From assembly GCF_009914755.1 (NCBI RefSeq), contig NC_060944.1: a stretch of DNA of 64,000 bases; one strand, written 5' to 3'. This DNA comes from the human T2T-CHM13v2.0 reference genome, Homo sapiens. The notes below the pieces were generated by a model, which saw only the letters and a list, made by a program, of their open reading frames with translations, was not told the origin of the DNA and did no database searches. This document shows, piece after piece, positions 1-10,904 of the stretch; position 1 is the stretch's first letter, and every line of letters starts with the position of its first letter. A program made the position numbers and the translations under genes.

Positions 1-2390
1 GTTGTGGTCTGAGGGTCGTGGAGCTGCTGACGCAGGGAGGAGCAATTTTGTTGTAGTTCGAGGGTCAGGAAGCTGGCGACCCAGGGAGGAGAGGTCTTCT
101 TCTGGTGTGAGGGTCGTGGAGCTGCAGACCCAGGGAGGAGCAATTTTGTTGTAGTTTGAGGGTCTGGAAGCTGGCGACCCCGGGAGAGGTCTTGTACTAG
201 TCTGAGGGTCGTGGAGCTGCAGACCCAGGGAGGGGCAATGTTGTTGTAATTCGAGGGTCTGGCAGCTGGCAACTCGGGGAGGAGAAGTGTTGTTGGAGTT
301 TGAGGGTCATGGAGCTGCCAACCCAGGGAGGAGCAATTTTGTTGTAGTTCAAGGGTCCGGAAGCTGGTGACCCAGGGAGGAGAGGTCTTGATCTGGTCTG
401 AGGGTCGTGGAGCTACAGACCCAGGGAGGAGCAATGTTGTTGTAGTTCGAGGGTCCGGTAGCTGGCAACCCGGGGAAGAGAAGTCTTGTTCGAGTTTGAG
501 GGTCGTGGAGCTGCAGACCCAGGGAGGAGCAATTTTGTTGTAGTTCGAGGGTCAGGAAGCTGGCGACCCAGGGAGGAGAGGTCTTGTTCTGGTCTGAGGG
601 TCATGGAGCTGCTGTCCCAGGGAGGAGCAATTTTGTTGTTATTCGAGGGTCAGGAAGCTGGCGACGCAGGGAGGAGAGGTCTTGTTCTAGTTTGATGTTG
701 GTGGAGCTGCAGACCCAGGCAGGAGGAACGTTGCTGTAGTTCGAGGGTCAGAAAGCTGGCGATGCAGGGAGAGGTCTTGTTGGAGTTTGAGGGTCGTGGA
801 GCTGCCGACCCAGGGAGGAGCAATTTTGTTGTAGTTCGAGGGTCAGGAAGCTGGCGACCCAGGGAGGAGAGGTCTTGTTCTAGATTGATTTTTGTGGAGC
901 TGAAGACCCAGGCAGGAGCAAGGTTGTTGCAATTCGAGGATCTGGAAGCTGGAGACTTAGGGAGGAGAGGTCTTGTTCTAGATTGATTTTTGTGGAGCTG
1001 AAGACCCAGGCAGGAGCAACGTTGTTGCAATTCGAGGATCCGGAAGCTGGAGACTTAGGGAGGAGACGTCTTGTTCTAGTTTCAGGGTCGTGGAGCTGCA
1101 GACTGAGGCAGGAGCATTGTTGTTATAGTTCGAGGGTCAGAAAGCTGGCGACCCAGGGAGGAGAGGTCTTGTTCTGGTCTGAGGGTCGTGGAGCTGCAGA
1201 CCCAGGGAGGAGCAATTTTGTTGTAGTTCGAGGGTCAGGAAGCTGGCGACCCAGGGAGGAGAGGTCTTCTTCTGGTGTGTGGGTCGTGGAGCTGCAGACG
1301 CAGGGAGGAGCAATTTTGTTGCAGTTCGACGGTCAGGAAGCTGGCGACCCAGGGAGAGGTCTTGTACTAGTCTGAGGGTCGTGGAGCTGCAGACCCAGGG
1401 AGGGGCAATGTTGTTGTAATTCGAGGGTCTGGCAGCTGGCAACTCGGGCAGGAGAAGTCTTGTTGGAGTTTGAGGGTCGTGGAGCTGCCAACCCAGGGAG
1501 GAGCAATTTTGTTGTAGTTCAAGGGTCCGGAAGCTGGCGACCCAGGGAGGAGAGGTCTTGTTCTATTGTGAGGGTCGTGGAGCTGCCGACCCAGGGAGGA
1601 GCAATTTTGTTGTAATTTGAGGGTCCGGAAGCTGGCGACCCAGGGAGGAGAGGTCTTGATCCGGTCTGAGGGTCGTGGAGCTACAGACCCAGGGTGGAGC
1701 AATGTTGTTGTAGTTCGAGGGTCTGGTAGCTGGCAACTTGGGGAAGACAAGTCTTGTTCGAGTTCGAGGGTCGTGGAGCTGCAGACCCAGGGAGGAGCCA
1801 TTTTGTTGTAGTTCAAGGGTCCGGAAACTGGCGACCCAGGGAGGAGAGGTCTTGTTCTAGTTTCAGGGTCGTGGAGCTTCTGACCCAGGGAGGAACATTG
1901 TTGTTTTAGTTCGAGGGTCAGGAAGCTGGCGACCCAGGGAGGAGAGGTCTTGTTCTGGTTTGAGGGTCGTGGAGCCGCAGACCCAGGGAGGAGCAATGTT
2001 GATGTAAGTTGAGGGTCCGGTAGCTGGCACCCTGGGGAGGAGAAGTCTTGTTCGAGTTTGAGGGTCGTGGAGCTGCCGACCCAGGGAGGAGCAATTTTGT
2101 TGTCGTTCGAGTGTCAGGAAGCTGGCGACTCAGGTAGGAGAAATTTTGTTCTAGTTTCAGGGTTGTGGAGCTGCAGACCCAGGGAGGAGCAAGGTTGTTG
2201 TAATTCGAGGGTCAGGAAGCTGGCGACCCAGGGAGGAGAAGTCTTGTTCTGGTCTGAGGGTCATGGACCTGCAGACCCAGGGAGGAGCAGTGTTGTTGTA
2301 GTTTGAAGGTCAGGAAGCTGGCGGCCCAGGGAGGAGAGGTCTTGTTCTAGTTTGAGGGTCGTGGAGCTGCAGACCCAGGGAGGAGCCATG
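1..2390. repeat. D20S16-type satellite, homogeneous domain: 98-bp dimer of two 49-bp monomers (continues off the left edge)
   Basis: Alternating 49-mers GAGGGTCGTGGAGCTGCAGACCCAGGGAGGAGCAATTTTGTTGTAGTTC and GAGGGTCAGGAAGCTGGCGACCCAGGGAGGAGAGGTCTTGTTCTGGTCT. A 98-bp unit that is a 49-bp dimer is the described D20S16 structure. Confidence 0.88.
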
Positions 2391-5263
2391 TTGGTTTGAA
2401 TGTTGTGGATCTGGAGATCCACGGAGGAGCTGGTGCTGCCTTTGAAGTCTGAGAGTCACTGAGCTGGAGATCCAGAGAGGAACCGGTGTTGCTGTTCTAG
2501 TCTGAACAGATCTAGAGTTCTGGGGAGTTGCCGGTTCTGCCTCTCAAGTCTGAGAGTTGTTGAGCTGGAGATTCAGGGAGGAGCCTGTGTTGCTGTTGTA
2601 GTTTGAGGGTCATGGAGCTGCAGACTCAGGGAGGAGGGGTGCGGTTCTAGTCTGAGGGTTGTGGAGCTTGAGACACAGGGAGGAGCTGGTGCTGCTGTTG
2701 TTTAAGGCTGAGGGTTGTGGTGCTGGAGACCCAGGTAAGAGCTGGTGCTGCTGTTGTTTCAGGCTGAGGGTTGTGTAGCTGGAGAGTGGGGAGGAGGTAG
2801 TCTTAGTGTCTAATGTGAGGTTGGTGGAGCTGTGGACCTGGGGTGGGGCCGGTGCTACTGTGTAGTTTGAGGGTCATGGAACTGGAGACCTAGGGAGGAG
2901 CTGGTGCTACCACCATTTAAGTCAGAGGGTCATGGATCTGGAGCTTTGGGGAACAGCCCATGCTGCTGTTTAACTGTGGGGAGGATCTGCTGTGTCCGTT
3001 GAAGTTTGAGGGTTTGGGAGCTGGAGACCCAGGGAGGAGCTGATGATGCCATTCTATTTTGAGGGTCGTGGATCTGGGGACCTGGGGAGAGGCTGGTACT
3101 GCTGTTGTAGTTTGAGGTTCGTGGAACTGGAGACAGGGGGAGGAGCCGGTGGTGCTGTTCATGTCTGAGGGTTGTAGAGCTGGAGACCCAGGGAGAAGCC
3201 CGTACTATAGCTTTTTAAGTCTGAGCGTCGTGGAGCCTGAGACCTGGGGAGGGGCCAGTGCTGCTGTTCAAATGGCTCCTTTCCGGGTCTCCAGCTCCAT
3301 GACCTTCAAACTAGGAGAGCAGCAGCAGCTCCTCCTGGGGTCTTCCAGCTCCATGACCCTCACACTAGAACAGCAGCAGCAGCTCCTCCCGGGGTCTTCC
3401 AGCTCCATGACCCTCACACTAGAACAGCAGCACCGGCTCCACCCTGGGTCTCCAGATCCACGACCCTCAAAGTAGAACAGCAGCACTGACTCCTCCCCGG
3501 GTCTCCAGCTCTACAACCCTCAGACTTGAGGAGCTGGAGACTCGGGGAGGAGCCAGGGCTGCTTTTCTACTTTGAGGGTTGTGGAGCTGGAGACCCAAGA
3601 TGCAGCAGCTGCTGCTATTCTAGTTTGAGGGCCTTGGAGCCAGAAACTTTGTGAGGAGCCGGTGCTGCCTTTCAAATCTGAGAGTCATTGAGCTGGAGAC
3701 CCAGGGAGGAACCGGTGTTGCTGTTCTAGCCTGACGGTAGTGAAGCTGGAGACCCAAGGAGGAGCTGGTGCTGCTATTCTAGTTTGAGGTTAGTGGAGCT
3801 GGAGATCACAGGAAGAGCCGGTGCTGCTGTTTAAATCTGTGGGTCCCCGAGCTGGAGCCCTGGGGGGAGATGGTGTTGTTCTTGTTCAAGTCTGAGGGTC
3901 ATGGGGCTTGAGGCACAGGGAGGAGCTGCTGCTGTTCAAGACTGAGGGTCGTGTAGCTGGAGAGCGGGGAGGAGGTAGTCTTGGTGTCTCGTATGAGGGT
4001 GGTGGAGTTGTGGACCTGGGGAGGAGCCGGTGCTGCTGTGTAGTTTGAGGGTTGTGGAACTGGAGACCTAGGGAGGAGCCGGTGCTACTGCCATTTAAGT
4101 CAGAGGGTCGTGGATCTGGAGCTTTTGGGAACGGCCCGTGCTGCTGTTTAACTGTGGGGAGCATCCGGTGTGTCAATTGAAGTTTGAGGGTTTGGGAGCT
4201 GGAGACCCAGGAGGGATCCGATGATGCCATTCTATTTTGAGGGTCATGGATCTGGAGACCTGGGGAGAGGCCGGTACTGCTGTTGTAGTTTGAGGGTCGT
4301 GGAAGTGGAGACAAGGGTAGGAGCTGGTGCTTCTGCTGTTTATGTCTGAGGATTGTAGAGCTGGAGACCCAGGGAGGAACTGGTGTTGCTGTTCTAGTCT
4401 GAGGGTAGTGAAGCTGGAGACCCAAGGAGGAGCCGGTGCTATTATTGTTCATGTCTGAGGATTGTGTAGCTGGAGACCCAGGGAGGAGTCGGAGCTGCTG
4501 ATCTAGTTTGAAGGCTGTGGAGCTGCAGATCCCAGGAAGAGCCGGTGCTGCCGTTCAAATCTGTGGGTCTTGGAGTTGGAGCCCTGGGGTGACCCAGTTC
4601 TTTCATTCATGTCTTAGGATCATGGAACTGGAAACCTACGGAGGCGGCGGTACTGCTGTTCTAGTTTAAGGATCGTGAAGCTGGAGACCTGGACAGGAGC
4701 TGGTGCTACCGCTGTTCAAATCTGAGGGTCATGGAGCTGGAGTCTTGGGGAGGTGCCGGTGCTGCCTCTCAAGTCTGAGGGTTGTTGAGCTGGAGATTCA
4801 GGGAGGAGCCGGTGTTGCTGTTGTTGTTGGAGGATTGTGGAGCTGGAGGCCGAAGAGGAGCTGGTGTTGCAGTTCAATTTTGACGGTCGTGTAGCTGGAG
4901 ACCTAGGGAGGAGCTGGTGCTACCACTGTGTAAGTTGAGGTTTGCAGAGCTGGTGGCCACGGGGAAGAGCCAGTGCTATAGCTGAAGTTTGAGGGAACTG
5001 GAGACCCAGGGAGTAGCCGGTGCTGCTTTCTAGTTTGAGGGTTGTGGAGCTGGAGGCTTGGTGGGGAGCCGGTGCTGCCTCCCAAGTCTGAGAGTCATTG
5101 AGCTGGAGATCCACAGGGGAGCTGGTGCTGCTGTTGTAGTTTGAGGATTGTGGAGCTGGAGACCCGGGGCGGAGCTGGTGCTGCAGTTGGAGTTTGAGGG
5201 TCAGGGAGCTGGAGATCTGGGGAGCGGCCAGTACAGCTGTTTAAGCCTGAGGGTCGTGGAGCT
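2391..5263. repeat. D20S16-type satellite, diverged ~53-bp monomer domain
   Basis: Consensus ~GAGGGTCGTGGAGCTGGAGACCCAGGGAGGAGCCGGTGCTGCTGTTCTAGTTT (53 nt), clearly homologous to the 49-mer but more degenerate. Confidence 0.85.
3274..3529 (-). repeat. Inverted block of ~5 satellite monomers inside the array
   Basis: Sequence switches to the reverse complement (GGGTCTCCAGCTCCATGACC...CAGCAGCAGCTCCTCC) at 3274 and back to forward (GGAGCTGGAGAC) at 3530. Confidence 0.95.
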
Positions 5264-5457
5264 AAACATGGAGCCAAAGTTGGGGAAGCAGAGAGAGAGA
5301 GTTACAGGATGACCCTGGAAATGGTAGACGTAGCTGTACCCCAAGCAAGCTAAGCTTGGGAACTCCTCAATGCTAGTGATGAATGCATTCTTTTTCCTCT
5401 TACACAGTTTGGATTTGTTTTCTGTGTCTCATGAGACAGAAAGATCTTGATTAATAC
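5264..5457 (+). mobile_element. Old MaLR LTR 3' portion (MLT1J/K/L-like)
   Basis: ATGGAGCCAAA...GAAGCAGAGAGAGAGAG...CAGTTTGGATTTGTTTTCTGTG...GAAAGATCTTGATTAATAC resembles the MLT1 3' end. Confidence 0.6.
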
Positions 5458-5708
5458 CCTTAGGAATTGAAAAGCTTAAAAAACTAAAGGATGTTGGTAA
5501 TAAAAATAATAAGAATTAAACCATGATTATCCTGGCTGACAGAGACAAAATCACACACACACAATATATATCTTTCAATCAGTTAGCAAAATTAAAAAAA
5601 ATGGAAAAATAGACGCAAGCAAAGCTATAAAAAGTTGTTTCATGGAGAAGCGATGGAGGACAGCGATTAATCTGAGAGTTGCTATTAATGGAGAAACTGA
5701 GAACTTAC

Positions 5709-6002
5709 CATTTTTCCCATGAGGTTTTGGTGTAGGATGATATTGTGTGAGTTCTGGCAGCTGAGTCACTTCACACAGCCCGGTGATGCAGTAGGTGTCA
5801 CAGAAGGACCCTCTCCCAGTTAGTTCTGCCTCACTGCTCCGGTGAGTGCGGCCTCTGATCCCCAACAGCTGACTGTGTGTTGAGACCACGCCCATGAGCA
5901 CAAGGGTTTCCACGGTGAAGGTTCCTGGATGGAACACTGTGGATGTTCCTAATGTTCCTTCCTGATGTTCATCTGCCATCTTGCTATTTAATGCAATGTC
6001 TT
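5709..6002 (-). pseudogene. Orphan exon-like segment (294 nt, open, phase 1-1); possible duplicated pseudo-exon
   Basis: Minus strand: acceptor TTTTTTCTATTCAATATTTAG|AAGAC at 6002 and donor AAATG|GTAAGT at 5709. No stops in frame (part of ORF 5575..6075): EDIALNSKM...GSFCDTYCITGLCEV...PHGKNG. Confidence 0.4.
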
Positions 6003-6244
6003 CTAAATATTGAATAGAAAAAAGTATTTGTACAATATGGGCAAGGTATAAAGAATATCCACACACTGGACACACAGACAGAGAGGGGCACCCACAGCAA
6101 ACTCCCTTTGCCTGGGAGCAGGTGTGGTCCTTGAGTCCTATGTTGCCTGTTTCTTCCTCCGCCTTGGCCTACGGGCCCGATGTGATCTGACCTCTGCCTG
6201 CCTCTCCGACTCCATCCCCCCTCCCGCTCCTGTTCTTTCTAACA

Positions 6245-6700
6245 ATTATGTTACAGCCTCAGTGAATGTGACAAGGACCCTGAATGACGGTGGCTTTACT
6301 AAGACAGAGGTTCATTCCTTTCACATGAAAGTCCAAGCCAGTCGGGTCATTCTTCTCTGTGCATTTTTCAGGGTCTTAGGCTACTTCCATCTTGCTGCTC
6401 TGACTTCCTTAGGGTATAGCTTCCCCCACAGTGTCCATCCTATCTACTGCCAGCCAGCAGGGAGGGGAGAAGAGAACAAGAGGACACAAATCTTCCTTCC
6501 TCTAATGGCAGTTGCTGTGCACTGGCCTCATGTGCATTGGTCACTGCCTGGTCACGTGGCCTCTGCTTGCTGCTAGGGGTGCTGGGAAGTTTTCATCCTG
6601 GATGCCAGTGCCCACCTGGGTGACTCCTGAGGTTGAGGGGAGAGAGGACATGAAAGAGAGTCACTGGCTCTTCCCACCATCATGCATGTCGTTCCAGTCT
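6245..6700 (-). mobile_element. Old MaLR LTR (MLT1-like) within L2 remnants
   Basis: GGTGGCTTTACTAAGACAGAGGTTCATT...CATTGGTCACTGCCTGGTCACGTGGCC...GCTGGGAAG is the reverse-strand MLT1 pattern. Confidence 0.5.
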
Positions 6701-6783
6701 AGGGCGACCCACTGCCTCAGCTTGCTCAGGACTGAGGAGGGTCATGGGGCACAGACCTCTCAGTTTTATAACAGGGCAGTTTC

Positions 6784-6890
6784 AGGCAAATCATCCCAGC
6801 TTGGCTGAGACTCAGAATTTTCCTGGGATATGGGATTTCTAGTGTTAAAACTGAGAAAGTTCTGGGCAAACCTGGACAAGTTGGTGCCTG
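6784..6890. mobile_element. MER81-like hAT-Blackjack MITE
   Basis: ATCCCAGCTTGGCTGAGACT...GGGATTTCTAGTGTTAAAACTGAGAAAGTTCTGGGCAAACCTGGACAAGTTGGT. Confidence 0.6.
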
Positions 6891-7349
6891 CCATGGGGCC
6901 TTTGCATCTACTGTTACCCCTGTCTGGGATTCCCTTTCTGCAGCTCTGTGTGGTGCTCACTCCTTTTCTGTTGAGGAAAGGCTGCTCTCTGGGTGTCCCC
7001 GGGTGCCTGTTCCGCTCTACTCAGCACTACATGCTCTGTGAATATCCCTCCATGCACTTCGTAGAATGAGATCTGTTCTTTCCACCCTTGCCTGCCCACT
7101 TCAGTTTCAAAGTCTCTGAGGATTATTCATTTTTATTCTCTTCAGCACTGAAAGATACATCTCTTTCCCTAAGGCTGTGGCTGGGTTCACGCATAGTTAG
7201 ATAAATCTGATATTAATAATAACCCGAATGAAAAACATGTATTGAATCCCAAGATTATGATGTAGGAAGCACGGATTCTGAAGAGATGTCTAAGCCTAAT
7301 AAAGGCCAAAGGGTGTGGATTAAAAGGAAATGTGGGGTGGAGAAACATT

Positions 7350-7530
7350 TCATGAAATAGAACCCCACCTCTTGGGTGAGTTCGTTGGTACAACTTTTCT
7401 AGAGGGCAATTTTGCAACTGGCCAATGAAGGTGCGTAACTTTTGGTCCCAAATTTCATTTATAGGCATTGATCCCTAGGAAATAGTCAGAAAAATATGCA
7501 AAGATGAATCTCAAGGATTTTTATAAGAAG
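7350..7530 (+). mobile_element. Old L1 (L1ME-like) 3' fragment
   Basis: TTGGTACAACTTTTCTAGAGGGCAATTTTGCAA...CCCTAGGAAATAGTCAGAAAAATATGCAAAGAT. Confidence 0.55.
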
Positions 7531-7731
7531 AAAGAAGTAGGAAGCATAAATGCCCACTGGTGGTCCCACACCCTGGCACCAGTGCTCCCCTCTCCTAGTG
7601 GGCGGGCACAGGCTACATTTTCCCAGGCTTCCTTGCAGTGAGTTGTGGCCATGTGACCAGGTTCTGGCCAATGGGAGGCAATAAAAGTGTTGGGTGGTAT
7701 TTTTGGAGACCCCCTTCTGTAACTTCTGTCT

Positions 7732-8141
7732 TGATATGGTTTGGATGTTGGTCCCCTCCAAATCTCATGTTGAAATGTGATCCCTGATGTTGGAGGTGGG
7801 GCCTGGTGGGAGGTGTTTTGGTGATGTGGGCAGATCCCTCTCACAATGGCTTGGTGCCATCCTGATGGCAATGACTGAATTCTTGCTCTGAGTTTATGGG
7901 AGATCTGGTTGTTTAAAGGGGTTGGCACATCCTCCTCCCTCTCTTGCTCTTTCTCTCGCCATGTGATGTACCTGCTTCCCTTTCACCTTCTGCCATGATT
8001 GGAAGCTTCCTGAGGCCTCCCCAGGAGCAGATGCTGGTGCCATGCTTGTACAGCCTGCAGAACTGTGAGCCAATTAAACCTCTCTTCTATAAATAACCAG
8101 CCTCAGGTATTCCTTTATAGCAACGCAGATGGACTGACACA
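7732..8141 (+). mobile_element. MST (MSTA/MSTB) solo LTR, nested in an older MLT1 (approx. 7600-8680)
   Basis: TGATATGGTTTGGATG...CAAATCTCATGTTGAAATG...CCAATTAAACCTCT...GACTGACACA; 5-bp TSD TGTCT/TATCT. Confidence 0.9.
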
Positions 8142-8315
8142 TATCTTTAATGTCATTTCTTAGTTGTTCCATCCTTTGACCTGCTTCCTGGAATAAGCGT
8201 ATGATGGTTGGAGCTATTCTTGTCACCTTGAACCTTGAGGATTAGGCTTCTACCCTGCGGATAGCAGAATGTCCTCTGGAAGGAAATGAAAGTCCCTAAC
8301 GCCACCCTAGACTGA

Positions 8316-8629
<314 letters not shown>

Positions 8630-8828
8630 CAGTCTTGGTTTTCATGAGATAAACTTCTGTCTTGGCTGAAGTTAAATCACTGATAGGTGATATGACCATA
8701 ACTGGATAAAAAGTAGGAAATTCATGTAATACTTATATCTACATATGCCCATACCAAAAATGATAGTGATCTGTTGTTATCTATGTGTAAATATGGACAC
8801 AAAATATTGTTTAGTGTAAACAAAGCTC

Positions 8829-9110
<282 letters not shown>

Positions 9111-10319
9111 CATAAAGCTTTATTCTATTTTAATGAAGCAAAAATGCATAAGTGTGTAAGTGTGATCATATGTGTGTGTATGTCTAACAGGAGCACTACA
9201 TAGCAAAATGCGAATGCTGCTTATCTTTGGTGTTGGTATCACGTGTGATTTAAAATCTTTTCTTCTATTTTTAAAAACTTTCAAAATGAGTCATGACTTT
9301 GATTATTAGAAAAGAAATCTATAACAATTGAGAGGAAAGAAAACCCCACCTGTTGTTGAAACTGGCTGGAGCTGGGAGAAATGAGAGATTCCTTTGCAGG
9401 TGTCACCTCCCTACCAGAAAATTGGCCTTGCAGGAATGTCCCACAAGCCAGATGTGTCTCTTTCCCCCAGTCCCTGTGCCTGGTGTGAGGTCGTACAGAC
9501 AGTGAGCATCCTTCACAGAGTCTGACCTGCCAAGGTAGGGGGGAAGTGGGGGTTTAGTGACATTCAAAACCCGGGGGAGCCGAACAGGTGTGACTGTATG
9601 TTTGCAGGGTGACCTCTCCCCTCAAAGAGCAAGAAATAACTCTAGTGCAATTTCCAAACATTTACAAGAGAGGATTTTTAAACTTTTCACTTCTTTATTG
9701 CAACTAGCACATTTGGAAGGATAAAATACAGAAAGAAGTCCTGCTATTTACAATCAACTTTCACTAAGCCAGTGTTATATTCAAAAACAGCAGATAAAGC
9801 TCATGGCTTTGATGAAAGGGGCAGTCTTTTCATTGGAAACAATTAATACTGCTCCCCGTTCTGGGGAGAATTTAAAGAAAATAATTTGGAAGGGGATATG
9901 GCTTGATACAATCAAATGATTTCAGATCACAAATGTAATCATTTGATCTTGCTTTAAAACCAAACATTTCAGAACAATCTAGCATCACATTCTCTTCTGA
10001 GTCTGTGAAACTCTGAATTCTGGGTGAGTCTGAATTCCCAAGGCAGGACTGAGGATAGAAAAGATTTGATGGCAGAAACCTGGTACTGTGGTTATCACGT
10101 GGGTTAAAGATGTAGGCTTGGTTAACCCACTGAACCTGCTTATGTATGAGGCTCACCTGAGAAGGTGATATGGACAAGCCCATCTTATGGGTCTGAGGGC
10201 TCTTCACCAGGAGTGGAGCAAGGAGGATGGCCCCAGCGTCCCCGTCTCTGAACACGTTTAGCAGGAGGGCTGTAGAGCCTGGACAGATCACCACTGGCTC
10301 CATGGGGAACTTTCAGCAG

Positions 10320-10640
10320 CACTCATTGCCTGTGTCTGTTCTGTGCCAGGCACTGCGCTCAGGGCAGGGATTTGGGATTCACCAGGGCACAAGGCGACGT
10401 GCGTCTGTCCTCACGGAGCCTAAGTGCTGGTGGAGACGGACAGTGCAGATGCCAACCGCAAATGACGAGGCACTTGCAGGTAGGGGTCAGCGCCAAGAAG
10501 GAAATGAAGGGTGCGTGTCGCTGACTGAGACTCTGGTGGGAGCTACTTAAATAGGGCCATGGGGGAGGGCCTCTCTGAGGAGGTGACATTTGAGCTGAGG
10601 CCTCACCAATCAGAAGGAAAAAGCTGTAAAGGGTCTGGGA
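10320..10640 (-). mobile_element. L2 3' fragment
   Basis: TGTGCCAGGCACTG...GGCCTCTCTGAGGAGGTGACATTTGAGCTGAG. Confidence 0.75.
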
Positions 10641-10673
10641 TTAACTTAACCTGGGGACTTTTAAAATAATGTA

Positions 10674-10897
10674 AGGTGTTACAGCTCTTTTAGAATTTGT
10701 CTAGCACGTTTTCCGGTTGTCACTCCCAGGTGGGCTCGGGAAGAGGCATCTGTGCCAGCTCGTGGCCTGTTCTTTGCACTTGTGGGGAAGGGGTCCCCTT
10801 TTCCCACAGCCGTCCCCCCGGGGCCTGCTCCCAGGTGGGGTCTGGTTTTCACCAGAAAGCCCTCCATGCAAAAACAAAAAACAAAAAACAAAAAAAA
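10674..10897 (+). pseudogene. RNU7: U7 snRNA retropseudogene, split by a 117-bp insert, with A-rich tail
   Basis: GTGTTACAGCTCTTTTAGAATTTGTCTAG (U7 5' guide region plus U7 Sm site at 10694-10704), partial stem to 10723, 3' stem TCTGGTTTTCACCAGAAAGCCC at 10841-10862, A-rich tail 10870-10897. The specific RNU7-xP number cannot be assigned. Confidence 0.92.
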
Positions 10898-10904
10898 CCC
10901 ACCA

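Noticed and set aside
1-5263. CRISPR-like regular repeat array
   Set aside because: No unique spacers; units are contiguous tandem monomers, and the DNA is primate (Alu-rich).
413-5277. Many Pro/Ser-rich or hydrophobic ORFs (up to 209 aa) in the satellite
   Set aside because: Unit lengths of 49 and 53 bp are not multiples of 3, the peptides cycle through frames and stop sporadically; these are repeat translations with no sign of coding constraint.
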